NCBI GenBank assembly: GCA_036004405.1
Contig: DASYRM010000061.1
Location: 1,053 to 65,052, forward strand
DNA: 64,000 nt
Origin: Vicinamibacterales bacterium
GTDB taxonomy: Bacteria > Acidobacteriota > Vicinamibacteria > Vicinamibacterales > UBA2999
Direction: 5' to 3'
Position 1 is the stretch's first letter. The number at the start of each line of letters is the position of its first letter. Of the stretch, positions 27,977 to 36,568 are shown in pieces. Both the position numbers and the translations under genes were made by a program. A model generated the notes under the pieces. It was not told where the DNA came from, ran no database searches, and was given only the letters and a program-made list of their open reading frames with translations.

Positions 27977-29305
27977 CTACTCCGCTTCGAAATGCTTCAG
28001 CGACCACGCCAGGAGCGCCGCCGCGAGCAGGAATCCGCCGAGCACGATCTGGCCGACGGCGAACCCGCCGGTCTGATCGCGCAAAACGCCGATGATGGTC
28101 GGGCCGACGAAGCCGCCCATCGTGCCGATCGAGTTGATGAACGCCAGCCCCCCGGCGGCCGCCAGGCCGCTCAGGAAACGCGACGGGATCGTCCAGAACA
28201 GGGCGCGGGCGGCGTTGACGCCGCTCACCGCTACCGTCATCCACAGCACCGCCATCCAGAACGACGTGCCGGCAAACAGGATGGACCCCACGAAACCGAC
28301 GGCGGAGAGCGCGCACGCCAACGCCAGATTGCCCACTTTGTTGCCGTGCCGGTCGACGTGGCCGGCCCAGAGGATCATCGTGACGCTGGCCACGGCGTAG
28401 GCGGCGCTGGTGACGAACCCGATCTCGAGGTCCGACAGACGCCCGGTGTCGAGAATCTGCGGCAGGAACAGGCCGATGCCGTACGACCCCACGAGGAAGC
28501 CGAACTGGACGCCGGCGAGGATCAGGACGCGCGGGTCGCGGAACGCCGCCCAGATGTTCTTGACCTCCTTCGGCCGCCGTTCGGCTTCGAGCCGGTCGCG
28601 GACGATGCGCCGCTCATCGTCGGTGAGCCACGTCGCGTCTTCCGGACGATCGGGCAGCATGAGCAGCAGCACGATGCCCGCGATCGCCGCGGGAAGGCCC
28701 TCGACCAGGAAGAGCCACTGCCAGCCCGCGATGCCGAACTGGCCGTCGAGGCCGAGCAGATAACCGGAAACCGGGCCGCCGATCACCGACGAGATCGGAA
28801 TCGCCACCATGAACCAGGCGATGATCCGCGTGCGGTACTCGCCAGGGAACCAGGTGGCCAGATAGAAGGCCACGCCCGGGAAAAAGCCGGCCTCGGCGGC
28901 GCCCAGCAGCAGCCGGAGCGAGTAGAAACTGTTCGGGCCGATCGCGAGGGCCATCGCCGCCGACGCCACGCCCCAGCTGATCATGATGCGGGAGAGCCAG
29001 CGGCGCGCCCCGAAGCGGTAGAGCGCGACGTTGCTGGGCACTTCGAGGAAGCAGTAGCCGAGGAAGAAGAACAGCCCGGAGCCCAGCCCGAACTGCGTGG
29101 CCGTGAGGCCGAGCGCCTGGTTCATCGTGAGCGCGGCAAAGCCCACGTTGGTACGATCGAGGTAGTTGAGCACGTAGGCCGTCGTCAGCACCGGCATCAG
29201 GCGCCAACCGATTTTGGCAAACACCTGGCGCTCGGCAGCACTGCGGGCGTCGGCCGGCGCGGCGGCGGCCAGGGATGAAGTCGTGCTCGAAGACAATGAG
29301 GACAT
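27977..29305 (-). CDS. MFS transporter, ACS family (TtuB/tartrate-like)
   Basis: YLDRTNVGFA, EVPSN, RIMISWG, EAGFFPG, GWQWLFLVEGLP. Confidence 0.9.
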   Translation of the reverse strand: MSSLSSSTTSSLAAAAPADARSAAERQVFAKIGWRLMPVLTTAYVLNYLDRTNVGFAALTMNQALGLTATQFGLGSGLFFFLGYCFLEVPSNVALYRFGARRWLSRIMISWGVASAAMALAIGPNSFYSLRLLLGAAEAGFFPGVAFYLATWFPGEYRTRIIAWFMVAIPISSVIGGPVSGYLLGLDGQFGIAGWQWLFLVEGLPAAIAGIVLLLMLPDRPEDATWLTDDERRIVRDRLEAERRPKEVKNIWAAFRDPRVLILAGVQFGFLVGSYGIGLFLPQILDTGRLSDLEIGFVTSAAYAVASVTMILWAGHVDRHGNKVGNLALACALSAVGFVGSILFAGTSFWMAVLWMTVAVSGVNAARALFWTIPSRFLSGLAAAGGLAFINSIGTMGGFVGPTIIGVLRDQTGGFAVGQIVLGGFLLAAALLAWSLKHFEAE

Positions 29306-29334
29306 AAGGTATACCGGACGCGACGGCCACACCT

Positions 29335-30402
29335 ATGCTCATCCTGCTGCTCCTCGCCGTTGTTTCACTCGACACGCTCGCGGATCATCCGGCGCTGGTG
29401 GCCGGCGTCGAGCCGTTTCACCGCTACATCTCGAGCGAGTCGTCGCTGCCCGCACGCGATCGCGAGATCCTGATTCTTCGTATCGCCGCGCTCAGCCGCT
29501 CGGCCCCGATCTGGAACGACCACGTGCCAACGGCGCGTGACGCCGGGCTGACCGCCACCGACATCGCGCGTGCGGGTGGCATGCCCGATGCCCGAGGATG
29601 GAGCGGGTTCGACGGTACGCTGCTGCGCGCGGCCGACGAACTGCACGCGCAGTCGTTCGTCAGCGACTCCACATGGACCGCGCTTGCGGCGCGTTACGAC
29701 CGTCACCAGCTGATGGACGCGGTCTTCACCGTGGCGCACTACTCGATGTGGGCCATGGCCTTGAACACCATCGGCGCGCCGGAGGGCGCGTCGGCGGTGG
29801 CGATGCCAGCGATGCAGCGCCCCACAGGCTCGCGCGACCACCGGCCACTCACGTCGCCGCGCATCCCCACGCTCGACCCGCCCGACTGGACGCCGGCGAT
29901 CCGCACGATGCTCGACCCCTCGGGCAACGGCCGCCCGGTCGCCAACGTGTACCGCACCTACGCCCAGCACCCGGCGCTCTACGTGCCGCGGCAGATCCTC
30001 TCGGAGTACATCCGCACTGGCTCCACGCTCCCGCCGCGCGTCCGCGAGATGCTGATCCTGCGCATCGGCTACCTGTGCCAGTCGGAATACGAGTGGGCGG
30101 CGCACGCGCGCGCCGGGCGCGGCGCCGGCCTCACCGCCGACGACATCGCGCGGATCGCGAAGGGACCCGCCGCAGGCTGGAGCGCCGACGACGCGGCGGT
30201 GCTGCAGGCGGTGGACGACCTGTTCGACGACGACCGCGTGGCGCCGGGCACCTGGGCCCGGCTGTCCACGCGGTTCGACAGGAAACAGCTGCTCGACGTG
30301 GTGATTACGGCCGGCGGCTACCGCATGGTGTCGATGAGCCTCAACACCTTCGGTGTCGCGCCCGAGCCGAACAGCGAGCCGCTGCCTACTGGCACCAGAT
30401 AA
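29335..30402 (+). CDS. Tandem carboxymuconolactone decarboxylase/AhpD-like protein
   Basis: Two LP.R.RE.LILR repeats, EYEWAAH, A.DEL/DDL, LNT.G. Confidence 0.8.
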   Translation: MLILLLLAVVSLDTLADHPALVAGVEPFHRYISSESSLPARDREILILRIAALSRSAPIWNDHVPTARDAGLTATDIARAGGMPDARGWSGFDGTLLRAADELHAQSFVSDSTWTALAARYDRHQLMDAVFTVAHYSMWAMALNTIGAPEGASAVAMPAMQRPTGSRDHRPLTSPRIPTLDPPDWTPAIRTMLDPSGNGRPVANVYRTYAQHPALYVPRQILSEYIRTGSTLPPRVREMLILRIGYLCQSEYEWAAHARAGRGAGLTADDIARIAKGPAAGWSADDAAVLQAVDDLFDDDRVAPGTWARLSTRFDRKQLLDVVITAGGYRMVSMSLNTFGVAPEPNSEPLPTGTR

Positions 30403-30865
30403 GTTTCGAGATCTCGCCGTCGAAGACCTCCGGCTCGAGGACCGCGGACATCGTGGACGTGCCTTTGCGCTTCGCAAGCGCGCGGATCGCAAACGCCTTG
30501 CACTCCCCTTCAATCACATAGGCCGCCTTGAGGAACGCGTCGCGGCTGATGAGGAGCGTGCCCGGCGCCGTGCGGTGAAAGCCTGCAATCGCCGCGGCAA
30601 TCCGCCCGTGGCACTTCATCGCCGGCCCCAGCGCACGCCGGTGGTTCATCGACGCCGTCGCCGGATCGCTCATCACGCGCTGCAACGAGAGCCGGTAGCG
30701 CCGGCGGAACGTACCAATCGCGTCGTCGCTCAGCTTTGCGTCCTTCTCGACGGATCGGCAGCCAGCTTCCAGATCCTTGGTCAGGTCTTCCAGCAGCTTC
30801 ATCGCGGCCTTCTGGACCGCTGGCGAGACATCGAACCCGTCGTCGTACTGCTTCTTCTTGCTCAC
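30386..30865 (-). CDS. Small helical hypothetical protein (159 aa) ending IWCQ
   Basis: Strong SD AGGAGG before GTG 30865; Lys/Arg-rich VSKKKQYDDG..; forms the C-terminal part of track ORF 30386..31903. Confidence 0.75.
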   Translation of the reverse strand: MSKKKQYDDGFDVSPAVQKAAMKLLEDLTKDLEAGCRSVEKDAKLSDDAIGTFRRRYRLSLQRVMSDPATASMNHRRALGPAMKCHGRIAAAIAGFHRTAPGTLLISRDAFLKAAYVIEGECKAFAIRALAKRKGTSTMSAVLEPEVFDGEISKLIWCQ

Positions 30866-30942
30866 GCGCGTACCTCCTGCAACAGAGAAAACGCTGGGGA
30901 CAGCTGAACTGTTCGCGCGGAGCGAAAGAGCGGGTGGGACGG

Positions 30943-33576
30943 CTAGAGTTGCGCCAGAAGCGCTTCGAACGCCCCAGCGGTGGCGGGACGGTCCGCGACC
31001 TCGAGCGAGAGCATCGATGCCACGACCCGTTCGTGGGCCGGCGAGCGCTCGGCCAGCAGCCGGGCCCGCGCCGCGAGCACGCCCGAGGCCACGTCGTGGT
31101 GGCTGCGAGCGTGCGGGAAGGGATGCACACCCAGCAGCGCTTCGCACAGCACCACGCCGAGCGCCCAGAGATCGACTCCCGCGCCGCCGGCGGCACCGTC
31201 GCGCACCTCCGGGGCCAGGTAGGCCCACGTGCCGCCCAGCGGCGCACGGACCTCGCCGGCGCGGTTCTCGGATGTGTGCTGCGAGTCGGCCAAGGCCCGC
31301 GCCAGGCCGAAGTCCAGGAGCTTCGGCCGGCCGCCGGGCGCGATGCCGATGTTGCTCGGCTTGATGTCGCCGTGGTACAGCCCGCGGCCGTGGACGCGCG
31401 CCAGCGATCGCGCCACTTGACCCACCAGCGCCACGATCTCCCGCTCCGACACTCCTCCACGACGGAACTGCGCGGCCAGTGTGCCGCCGGGCAGGTACTC
31501 CATCACGAGCAGCGGCGTGCCGCGCCACTGCTCCAGTCCGAACACGACGGCGACGTCCTCGTGCGACAGGCCGGCCATCGTGCGCGCCTCGGCCATCAGG
31601 CGCTCCGCGGCCACCTCGGTCAGCTGCGGGAGCGTCTTCAGCGCCACGTCGCGCGCCAGGTTCAGATCCGAGGCGCGGTAAACCACCCCCATGCCGCCAG
31701 CCCCGAGCCACTCCAGGAGCTCGAAGCGCGCGAGCACCCGCTTGGGCAGCGCCGCTGGCACCCATCCACCGCCGCATCCGCACAGCGGCGTGGCGGTGTG
31801 ACGGTCGACAATCCGCCGGCACCGCTGGCATTGCAGCGCCACCTCTTCGAGCACCTGTTCCGCGTGCATGTCGCGGCGACCTTCGGTGCCGATGGCGTCG
31901 CACGCCAGGCTCGCCGCGGCGGCGGCGACTCGCACGAAGCGGATGTCGTCGTCGGAGAAGCCGAGCGCGTTGCGGCGAGCGCTCAGCGTCACGACGCCCA
32001 GGAGACCGCTGCCGGGGCGGCCGGGCAACAGCGGCACGAGCAGTTCAATCTGGTTGCGGTCGATCCACTCGCGATCGGTGTGGAGCAGCAACGGGTAATA
32101 GGAGCGCCGGTGCGCGGGCGACACGCTGGACGGTTCGCGGGCACCCTCCAGCAGTGCCGGGATCGCCGATTCCACCGGCAGCACCGGCGTACCGCCTTCG
32201 GCGGGTACGATGGCGCCGCCGATGTACAAATGCGCGGCGGCTGGCGCCTGCATCGCCCGTTCGAGGGCATCGGCGAGCGTGACGGCGACCTCGAGCGGCG
32301 TCCGCGCCTGCTTCATCCGCTCCGCCATCGCGGCCAGCGCCACGGCGGGCTCCTCAACGCCCGGCAGTGCCCACTGATCGAGCCCCCGAATCAAGGTGCC
32401 TCTGAAGGCCAGCACAATCGCTCCCACGGCAGAGAACCACAGCAGGACGGGCGCCGGCTCGGTGGCCAGTGCCGCACCCAACGTCAGGTCCGCGTACCGA
32501 TACAGATGTCCCAGCAGCAGGCCCAGCGGAACCAGCGCGCCCCAGAGCAGCAACCAGCGAGCCAGCAGATATCTGAGGCCCCGCTGAATGACCAGCCTGA
32601 CGTTCAAAACGTCGCGCGCCACCACCGCGTACGCGGTGGCGATCGGCAGCAGGAACATCGGCGGATACACGAGCCACGCGGACCAGAAGAATCCCGCTGG
32701 CGTCTGGACGAGTTGGAAGAAGGACGGCACGAGGCTGGCCGCGACGATGACCGTCATGATGGGGCTGAAGGTGGCCACGACCGCGCAGAGAAACAGCCGG
32801 ACGCGCGTCCGTTCGGTGCCCTCGGCTAACCGGCTCCGCCATGCGATGACGCCGAGGGCGGCGATCACCGCGCCGAACACCAGGAACGCGAACAGCATCT
32901 CCGCCGGGCCGAACGCCTGACGTTGCGGCGCCATCGCCACCGCCGGGTTCGTCGCAGGGAGCACCAGCGGCAGGACGCTTGCCGCAAAGAGTACGGAACC
33001 GACAACGCTGGCCGCGCGCACGCCCCACGCGCACAGTGTGTCGACGGATCCAAACCGAGTGACGCGGGGAAAGTCGCGCGCGAACTGCCACACGGCAAGC
33101 GCGAAGAAGGCGTCGGGACGCAGCGTGACCAGCAACCTGGGCACGGCGCCTGGCCACGCCCCCGACAGCTTCAGAATGCCGCGCATCGCAAACGCGCCGG
33201 CCGTGACCCAGAAGCATGCGGCCAGTGCCCGTGTGCGTCGATCGCGTCCGGCGGCGTCCAGGAAGACGGCGACACCGGCGAACGTGCCGAAGATGCCTGC
33301 AATGACGGCGTCGCCCGCGACCAACGACGTGGCAAAGCCCGCCAGCCCGGCCACGCAATAGCCGGCAGACATCAGCTGCGCGGCTTCCAAGAGCCACGGC
33401 AGGCGTCGGCTCGGCCGCGCGTGACCCGGCGGCACCGCGCTCAGACGTGAGATGGATTCGAGGCCTTCGGCTACGCTGCGGGAGTCGGGCGAGGTCAGCC
33501 GCGCGTGCGCTGCCTGCCAATCGATGTGGTCGCCGTCGGCTAAAGCGCCGGCGAGGTCATCGAGGTCCTCGGGCAC
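30943..33576 (-). CDS. Polytopic membrane Ser/Thr kinase (multi-TM + GAF-like + Cys ribbon + C-terminal kinase)
   Basis: About 9-10 hydrophobic segments; LLGVVTLSARRNALGFSDDD (GAF-like); CQRC..CGCG; GAGGMGVVY, VALK, HGDIKPSN, DFG, YLAPE. Confidence 0.88.
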   Translation of the reverse strand: MPEDLDDLAGALADGDHIDWQAAHARLTSPDSRSVAEGLESISRLSAVPPGHARPSRRLPWLLEAAQLMSAGYCVAGLAGFATSLVAGDAVIAGIFGTFAGVAVFLDAAGRDRRTRALAACFWVTAGAFAMRGILKLSGAWPGAVPRLLVTLRPDAFFALAVWQFARDFPRVTRFGSVDTLCAWGVRAASVVGSVLFAASVLPLVLPATNPAVAMAPQRQAFGPAEMLFAFLVFGAVIAALGVIAWRSRLAEGTERTRVRLFLCAVVATFSPIMTVIVAASLVPSFFQLVQTPAGFFWSAWLVYPPMFLLPIATAYAVVARDVLNVRLVIQRGLRYLLARWLLLWGALVPLGLLLGHLYRYADLTLGAALATEPAPVLLWFSAVGAIVLAFRGTLIRGLDQWALPGVEEPAVALAAMAERMKQARTPLEVAVTLADALERAMQAPAAAHLYIGGAIVPAEGGTPVLPVESAIPALLEGAREPSSVSPAHRRSYYPLLLHTDREWIDRNQIELLVPLLPGRPGSGLLGVVTLSARRNALGFSDDDIRFVRVAAAAASLACDAIGTEGRRDMHAEQVLEEVALQCQRCRRIVDRHTATPLCGCGGGWVPAALPKRVLARFELLEWLGAGGMGVVYRASDLNLARDVALKTLPQLTEVAAERLMAEARTMAGLSHEDVAVVFGLEQWRGTPLLVMEYLPGGTLAAQFRRGGVSEREIVALVGQVARSLARVHGRGLYHGDIKPSNIGIAPGGRPKLLDFGLARALADSQHTSENRAGEVRAPLGGTWAYLAPEVRDGAAGGAGVDLWALGVVLCEALLGVHPFPHARSHHDVASGVLAARARLLAERSPAHERVVASMLSLEVADRPATAGAFEALLAQL

Positions 33577-34150
33577 CAGGCATCCTCTCCGCGAGTTTCT
33601 TCACGGCGCGTCGCACGGCTTGGCGCGCAGCCTCCGGAGTGGCCCGGCCCGAGATGAGCGCAAGCTGGTCGTAATTGAAGCCAAGCTCGATGCGTCCCAC
33701 CACGAGCACGCGCTCTTCGTCGGTGAGCGTGGCCAGCGCGGTCTTGTAGTGCCGCGCACGCTCGCCGTCCACCGCCGCGTCGAAGGGAGTCGACTGCTCG
33801 CCGGGCAGGTTGAAGAGGCGTTCCTCGAGCTCACCCGTCGGCCGCCTGACCACCTTCCGCATCTCGTCGTGAATGCGGTTCATGACGCTGCGTCGGAGGT
33901 ACCCGCGCAAGGCACCTTTGCCCCGGTCCTCGAAAGTCTCGATACGCTTGAAGGTGCGCAGCAGCACGTCCTGCACAACGTCGGTGGTGTCGGCGACGCT
34001 GCGCGCCCAGCGCGGGAGGCGTCCGCGCGCCCATTGACGCAGCTCCGGTCCATGCCGCTGGAAGAGCAGGCTGATCGCGCGCGTGTCCCCGGCCTTGGCT
34101 TTCGCCAGGAGCTCCGCGGACGGAACAGCGGATTTCGATTCGTTCTGCAC
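33557..34150 (-). CDS. ECF-type sigma-70 factor
   Basis: AKAGDTRA, DTTDVVQDV, region 4 with AARQAVRRA; overlaps kinase start; start uncertain (34150 or 34156). Confidence 0.88.
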   Translation of the reverse strand: MQNESKSAVPSAELLAKAKAGDTRAISLLFQRHGPELRQWARGRLPRWARSVADTTDVVQDVLLRTFKRIETFEDRGKGALRGYLRRSVMNRIHDEMRKVVRRPTGELEERLFNLPGEQSTPFDAAVDGERARHYKTALATLTDEERVLVVGRIELGFNYDQLALISGRATPEAARQAVRRAVKKLAERMPGARGPR

Positions 34151-34285
34151 AAGCACCTTCAAAGAAGCAGCACGGACGAGCTTGCCCGGCCATCGTCGCG
34201 CATTGATCGACGCTCGACAAGGCCGGTTGCACACAAAATTTGCGTGCGACGTCCGGGCCCAGGCGCCCGGGGAACTGGGGAGGGT

Positions 34286-34310
34286 CAGGGAGCGCGCTGG
34301 ACGCTCCCTG
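34286..34310 (-). terminator. Hairpin after the DUF6152-like gene
   Basis: CAGGGAGCG..CGCTCCCTG 9-bp stem. Confidence 0.55.
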
Positions 34311-34324
34311 GCGTTACACGGCGT

Positions 34325-34726
34325 TTACTGCTGGGTTGCGGCCGCGCCGCCGCCACCGCCGGCGAACACCTTCTTGCCGTCGGCGGTCGTGAGCGTGGCG
34401 ACGCCGATGTTCGTCGACGTCGCGATCTTGGCGCGCAGCCCGCTCACCGTGACGGTGTCGCCTGGCTTGAGCGTGTCCTTTCGCCAGCCGGCGCGGTAGA
34501 GCGCGTTCGGCGGCCCGCCCTCCACCCGGTACTCCACCACCTTGCCGTCCGGTTCCTTCACCTCGACGTGGGTGTAGATGTGCGGATTGGTCCACTCGAT
34601 CTTGGTGACCACGCCGGTGAAGGTCACCGGCCGGTTCGAGTCGAACTCGGCAGAAATCGAATGATGCGCGCTCAGCGGCGCCGCGAACGCCAGCGCCAGC
34701 AACCCGCCGATTAGCGTCGTCCTCAT
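34325..34726 (-). CDS. DUF6152-like periplasmic protein
   Basis: Signal ending LSA then HHS..AEFD, WTNPH, E, LKPGD; SD AAGGAG. Confidence 0.85.
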   Translation of the reverse strand: MRTTLIGGLLALAFAAPLSAHHSISAEFDSNRPVTFTGVVTKIEWTNPHIYTHVEVKEPDGKVVEYRVEGGPPNALYRAGWRKDTLKPGDTVTVSGLRAKIATSTNIGVATLTTADGKKVFAGGGGGAAATQQ

Positions 34727-34746
34727 GCTGCTCTCCTTACCTCTTC

Positions 34747-35667
34747 CTAGTTCTCGTCGGGATCCGGCTTCCACAGCTTGATCGCGCCGTCGACGATGTT
34801 CTGCAGGTTGTTCTCTTCGCACGAGTACTCCATGAGCACGTCGTTGGCCGGCTTGAGCCGCCAGGTGCGCACGTTCATCCAGTCCTGCGTGTAGGCCTTC
34901 GGGTCGTGCACGGTCACGGTGTGCTGGATCGTGTTCGAGTCGGTCCGCAGGAAGGTGTTGGTCATCTTCATTTCCTTGCTGTGCGGATGACCGCTCGTGT
35001 CGAGCCTGGTGTAGCCGTTGAAGCCCGCGGTCTCCATCACCAGCGTATCGCCGTCCCAGCGGGCCGTGGACACACCGTTCCAGGTTTCCGGGATGTCAGC
35101 CGGCCACTTGAAGTTGGTCGCCATCGGCACCCACTGATGCCAGGTGTTCTGCTCGTAGAGGAAGGCGACGGCGTCCACGTGATGGAGGATCTGCGTCCCG
35201 TGCGGCGCATTGATGTTGCGCGACGTCCCGAACGGGAGGCAGTTGCCGGCGTAGTCGCCCTTGCCCACGGGGTCGTAGGTCTTCCACTGCTTGAGGCCCC
35301 ACTCCGTGTACGGCAGATCGAACGTGCGTGCCGCGTTGCCCGAGGCCGGGGCGATGGCATCCGGCAGCGCCTCGCCCATGCGGGCGAACTTCAGCGGCTG
35401 CTTGGTCACCGGATCGACGGCCCGGAGCGCCATGTTCGGCGTGTAGGGGTTTGCCCAGTGCCCGCTCAAGTCCGGCTTGCCGTTCGACAGACGCGGTACC
35501 GGCCCGGCCGGCGGCAACGGCGCCCCGCGGCGGCCGCCTTCGGCGGCGGGCGCACCCGCGGCGCCGGCACCCTGGCCGCGCTGGCCGGCCCAGACCGCAA
35601 CCGTCGTCAGGCCGGCGAGGCACAGAACCACGACCGCACGTGTGATGACGCTGTTCGAAGTCTTCAC
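34747..35667 (-). CDS. Secreted hypothetical protein (usual DUF6152 neighbour family)
   Basis: PRLSNGKPDLSGHW, CLPFG, G.STARWDGDTLV, HS, DPKAYT, EYSCEENN. Confidence 0.8.
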   Translation of the reverse strand: MKTSNSVITRAVVVLCLAGLTTVAVWAGQRGQGAGAAGAPAAEGGRRGAPLPPAGPVPRLSNGKPDLSGHWANPYTPNMALRAVDPVTKQPLKFARMGEALPDAIAPASGNAARTFDLPYTEWGLKQWKTYDPVGKGDYAGNCLPFGTSRNINAPHGTQILHHVDAVAFLYEQNTWHQWVPMATNFKWPADIPETWNGVSTARWDGDTLVMETAGFNGYTRLDTSGHPHSKEMKMTNTFLRTDSNTIQHTVTVHDPKAYTQDWMNVRTWRLKPANDVLMEYSCEENNLQNIVDGAIKLWKPDPDEN

Positions 35668-35677
35668 AACCGCCTCC

Positions 35678-36568
35678 CTACAACCCGGACAACCCTTCGG
35701 TCAACTCTATCGACGTGCCCCACGGATCGGTCAAGCTCGCGCGTCCGATGCCGTCGCGCCCCTCCGCGTAGAGCTGGTCGAAAACGACGCCCATCGTTTC
35801 GATCCGGCGGCAGAAATCACGCAGCCGCACCACCTCGAAGCCGACATGGTCGAGCATACGCCCCTTCGTCGGCAGGGTCGGACTGGGCCCCGCCGAGAAG
35901 TTGAGGTTGATGCCCGGCACGTCCGTGGCGTCGTATTGTGCCCGCTTTCCCGGAACGCCGCCAAACACCTTGGCGTACCACGCCTTGGCCTGCCCGGCGG
36001 CGGCCGCGTCTGGCAGATAGAGGTGCACGTGATGGAAGGCGATTGGCACGGTGAGCGGCCGGTTATGGCGCTCGGCTGCGGTATCTCTGGCGTTGCCGTC
36101 CGGAGTAAAGGTCAGGTTGGTCGCCGTGTTCTCGAACAGCTCGATGCGCTCGTTCTCGGGCGACATCACCGACGAGACGCCAGGGAACTGGGCAAGCCGC
36201 GCCGGGATGAGCCCCGCCTTCTCCGCGGGAGCCAGTGACGGAATGCGGAACGCCACGTGGTTTACGACCGATCCCTCGGTGCCGCCGGTCGTCTCGCCGG
36301 GATCGAGCACCACGAGCACATCCTGGAAGCGGAGGATCTCGCGGCCCGGCGCGGCAAAGCGCTTCGACGCCGCAACGGGCTGGCCGCCGAGCGCGAGCCA
36401 GAAGCGCGTGTTGGCCGCCACGTCACGGACGCGGTAGTGCAGGTGGCCCATCGAGACGCCGGCCGTGTTCGGCGACGCGAGCGAAGGCCTCGGCGCCTGT
36501 GCACCAGCCGCAACGCAGCCAAGAGCCGCCACGACGACCACGACGAGCCGCCGAGCCACCCACTTCAT
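35678..36568 (-). CDS. Secreted VOC/glyoxalase family protein (two domains)
   Basis: GHLH, NHVAF, IEL, HHVH, DHVGFEV, DPWGTSIELTE; ATGA coupled to upstream gene. Confidence 0.85.
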   Translation of the reverse strand: MKWVARRLVVVVVAALGCVAAGAQAPRPSLASPNTAGVSMGHLHYRVRDVAANTRFWLALGGQPVAASKRFAAPGREILRFQDVLVVLDPGETTGGTEGSVVNHVAFRIPSLAPAEKAGLIPARLAQFPGVSSVMSPENERIELFENTATNLTFTPDGNARDTAAERHNRPLTVPIAFHHVHLYLPDAAAAGQAKAWYAKVFGGVPGKRAQYDATDVPGINLNFSAGPSPTLPTKGRMLDHVGFEVVRLRDFCRRIETMGVVFDQLYAEGRDGIGRASLTDPWGTSIELTEGLSGL

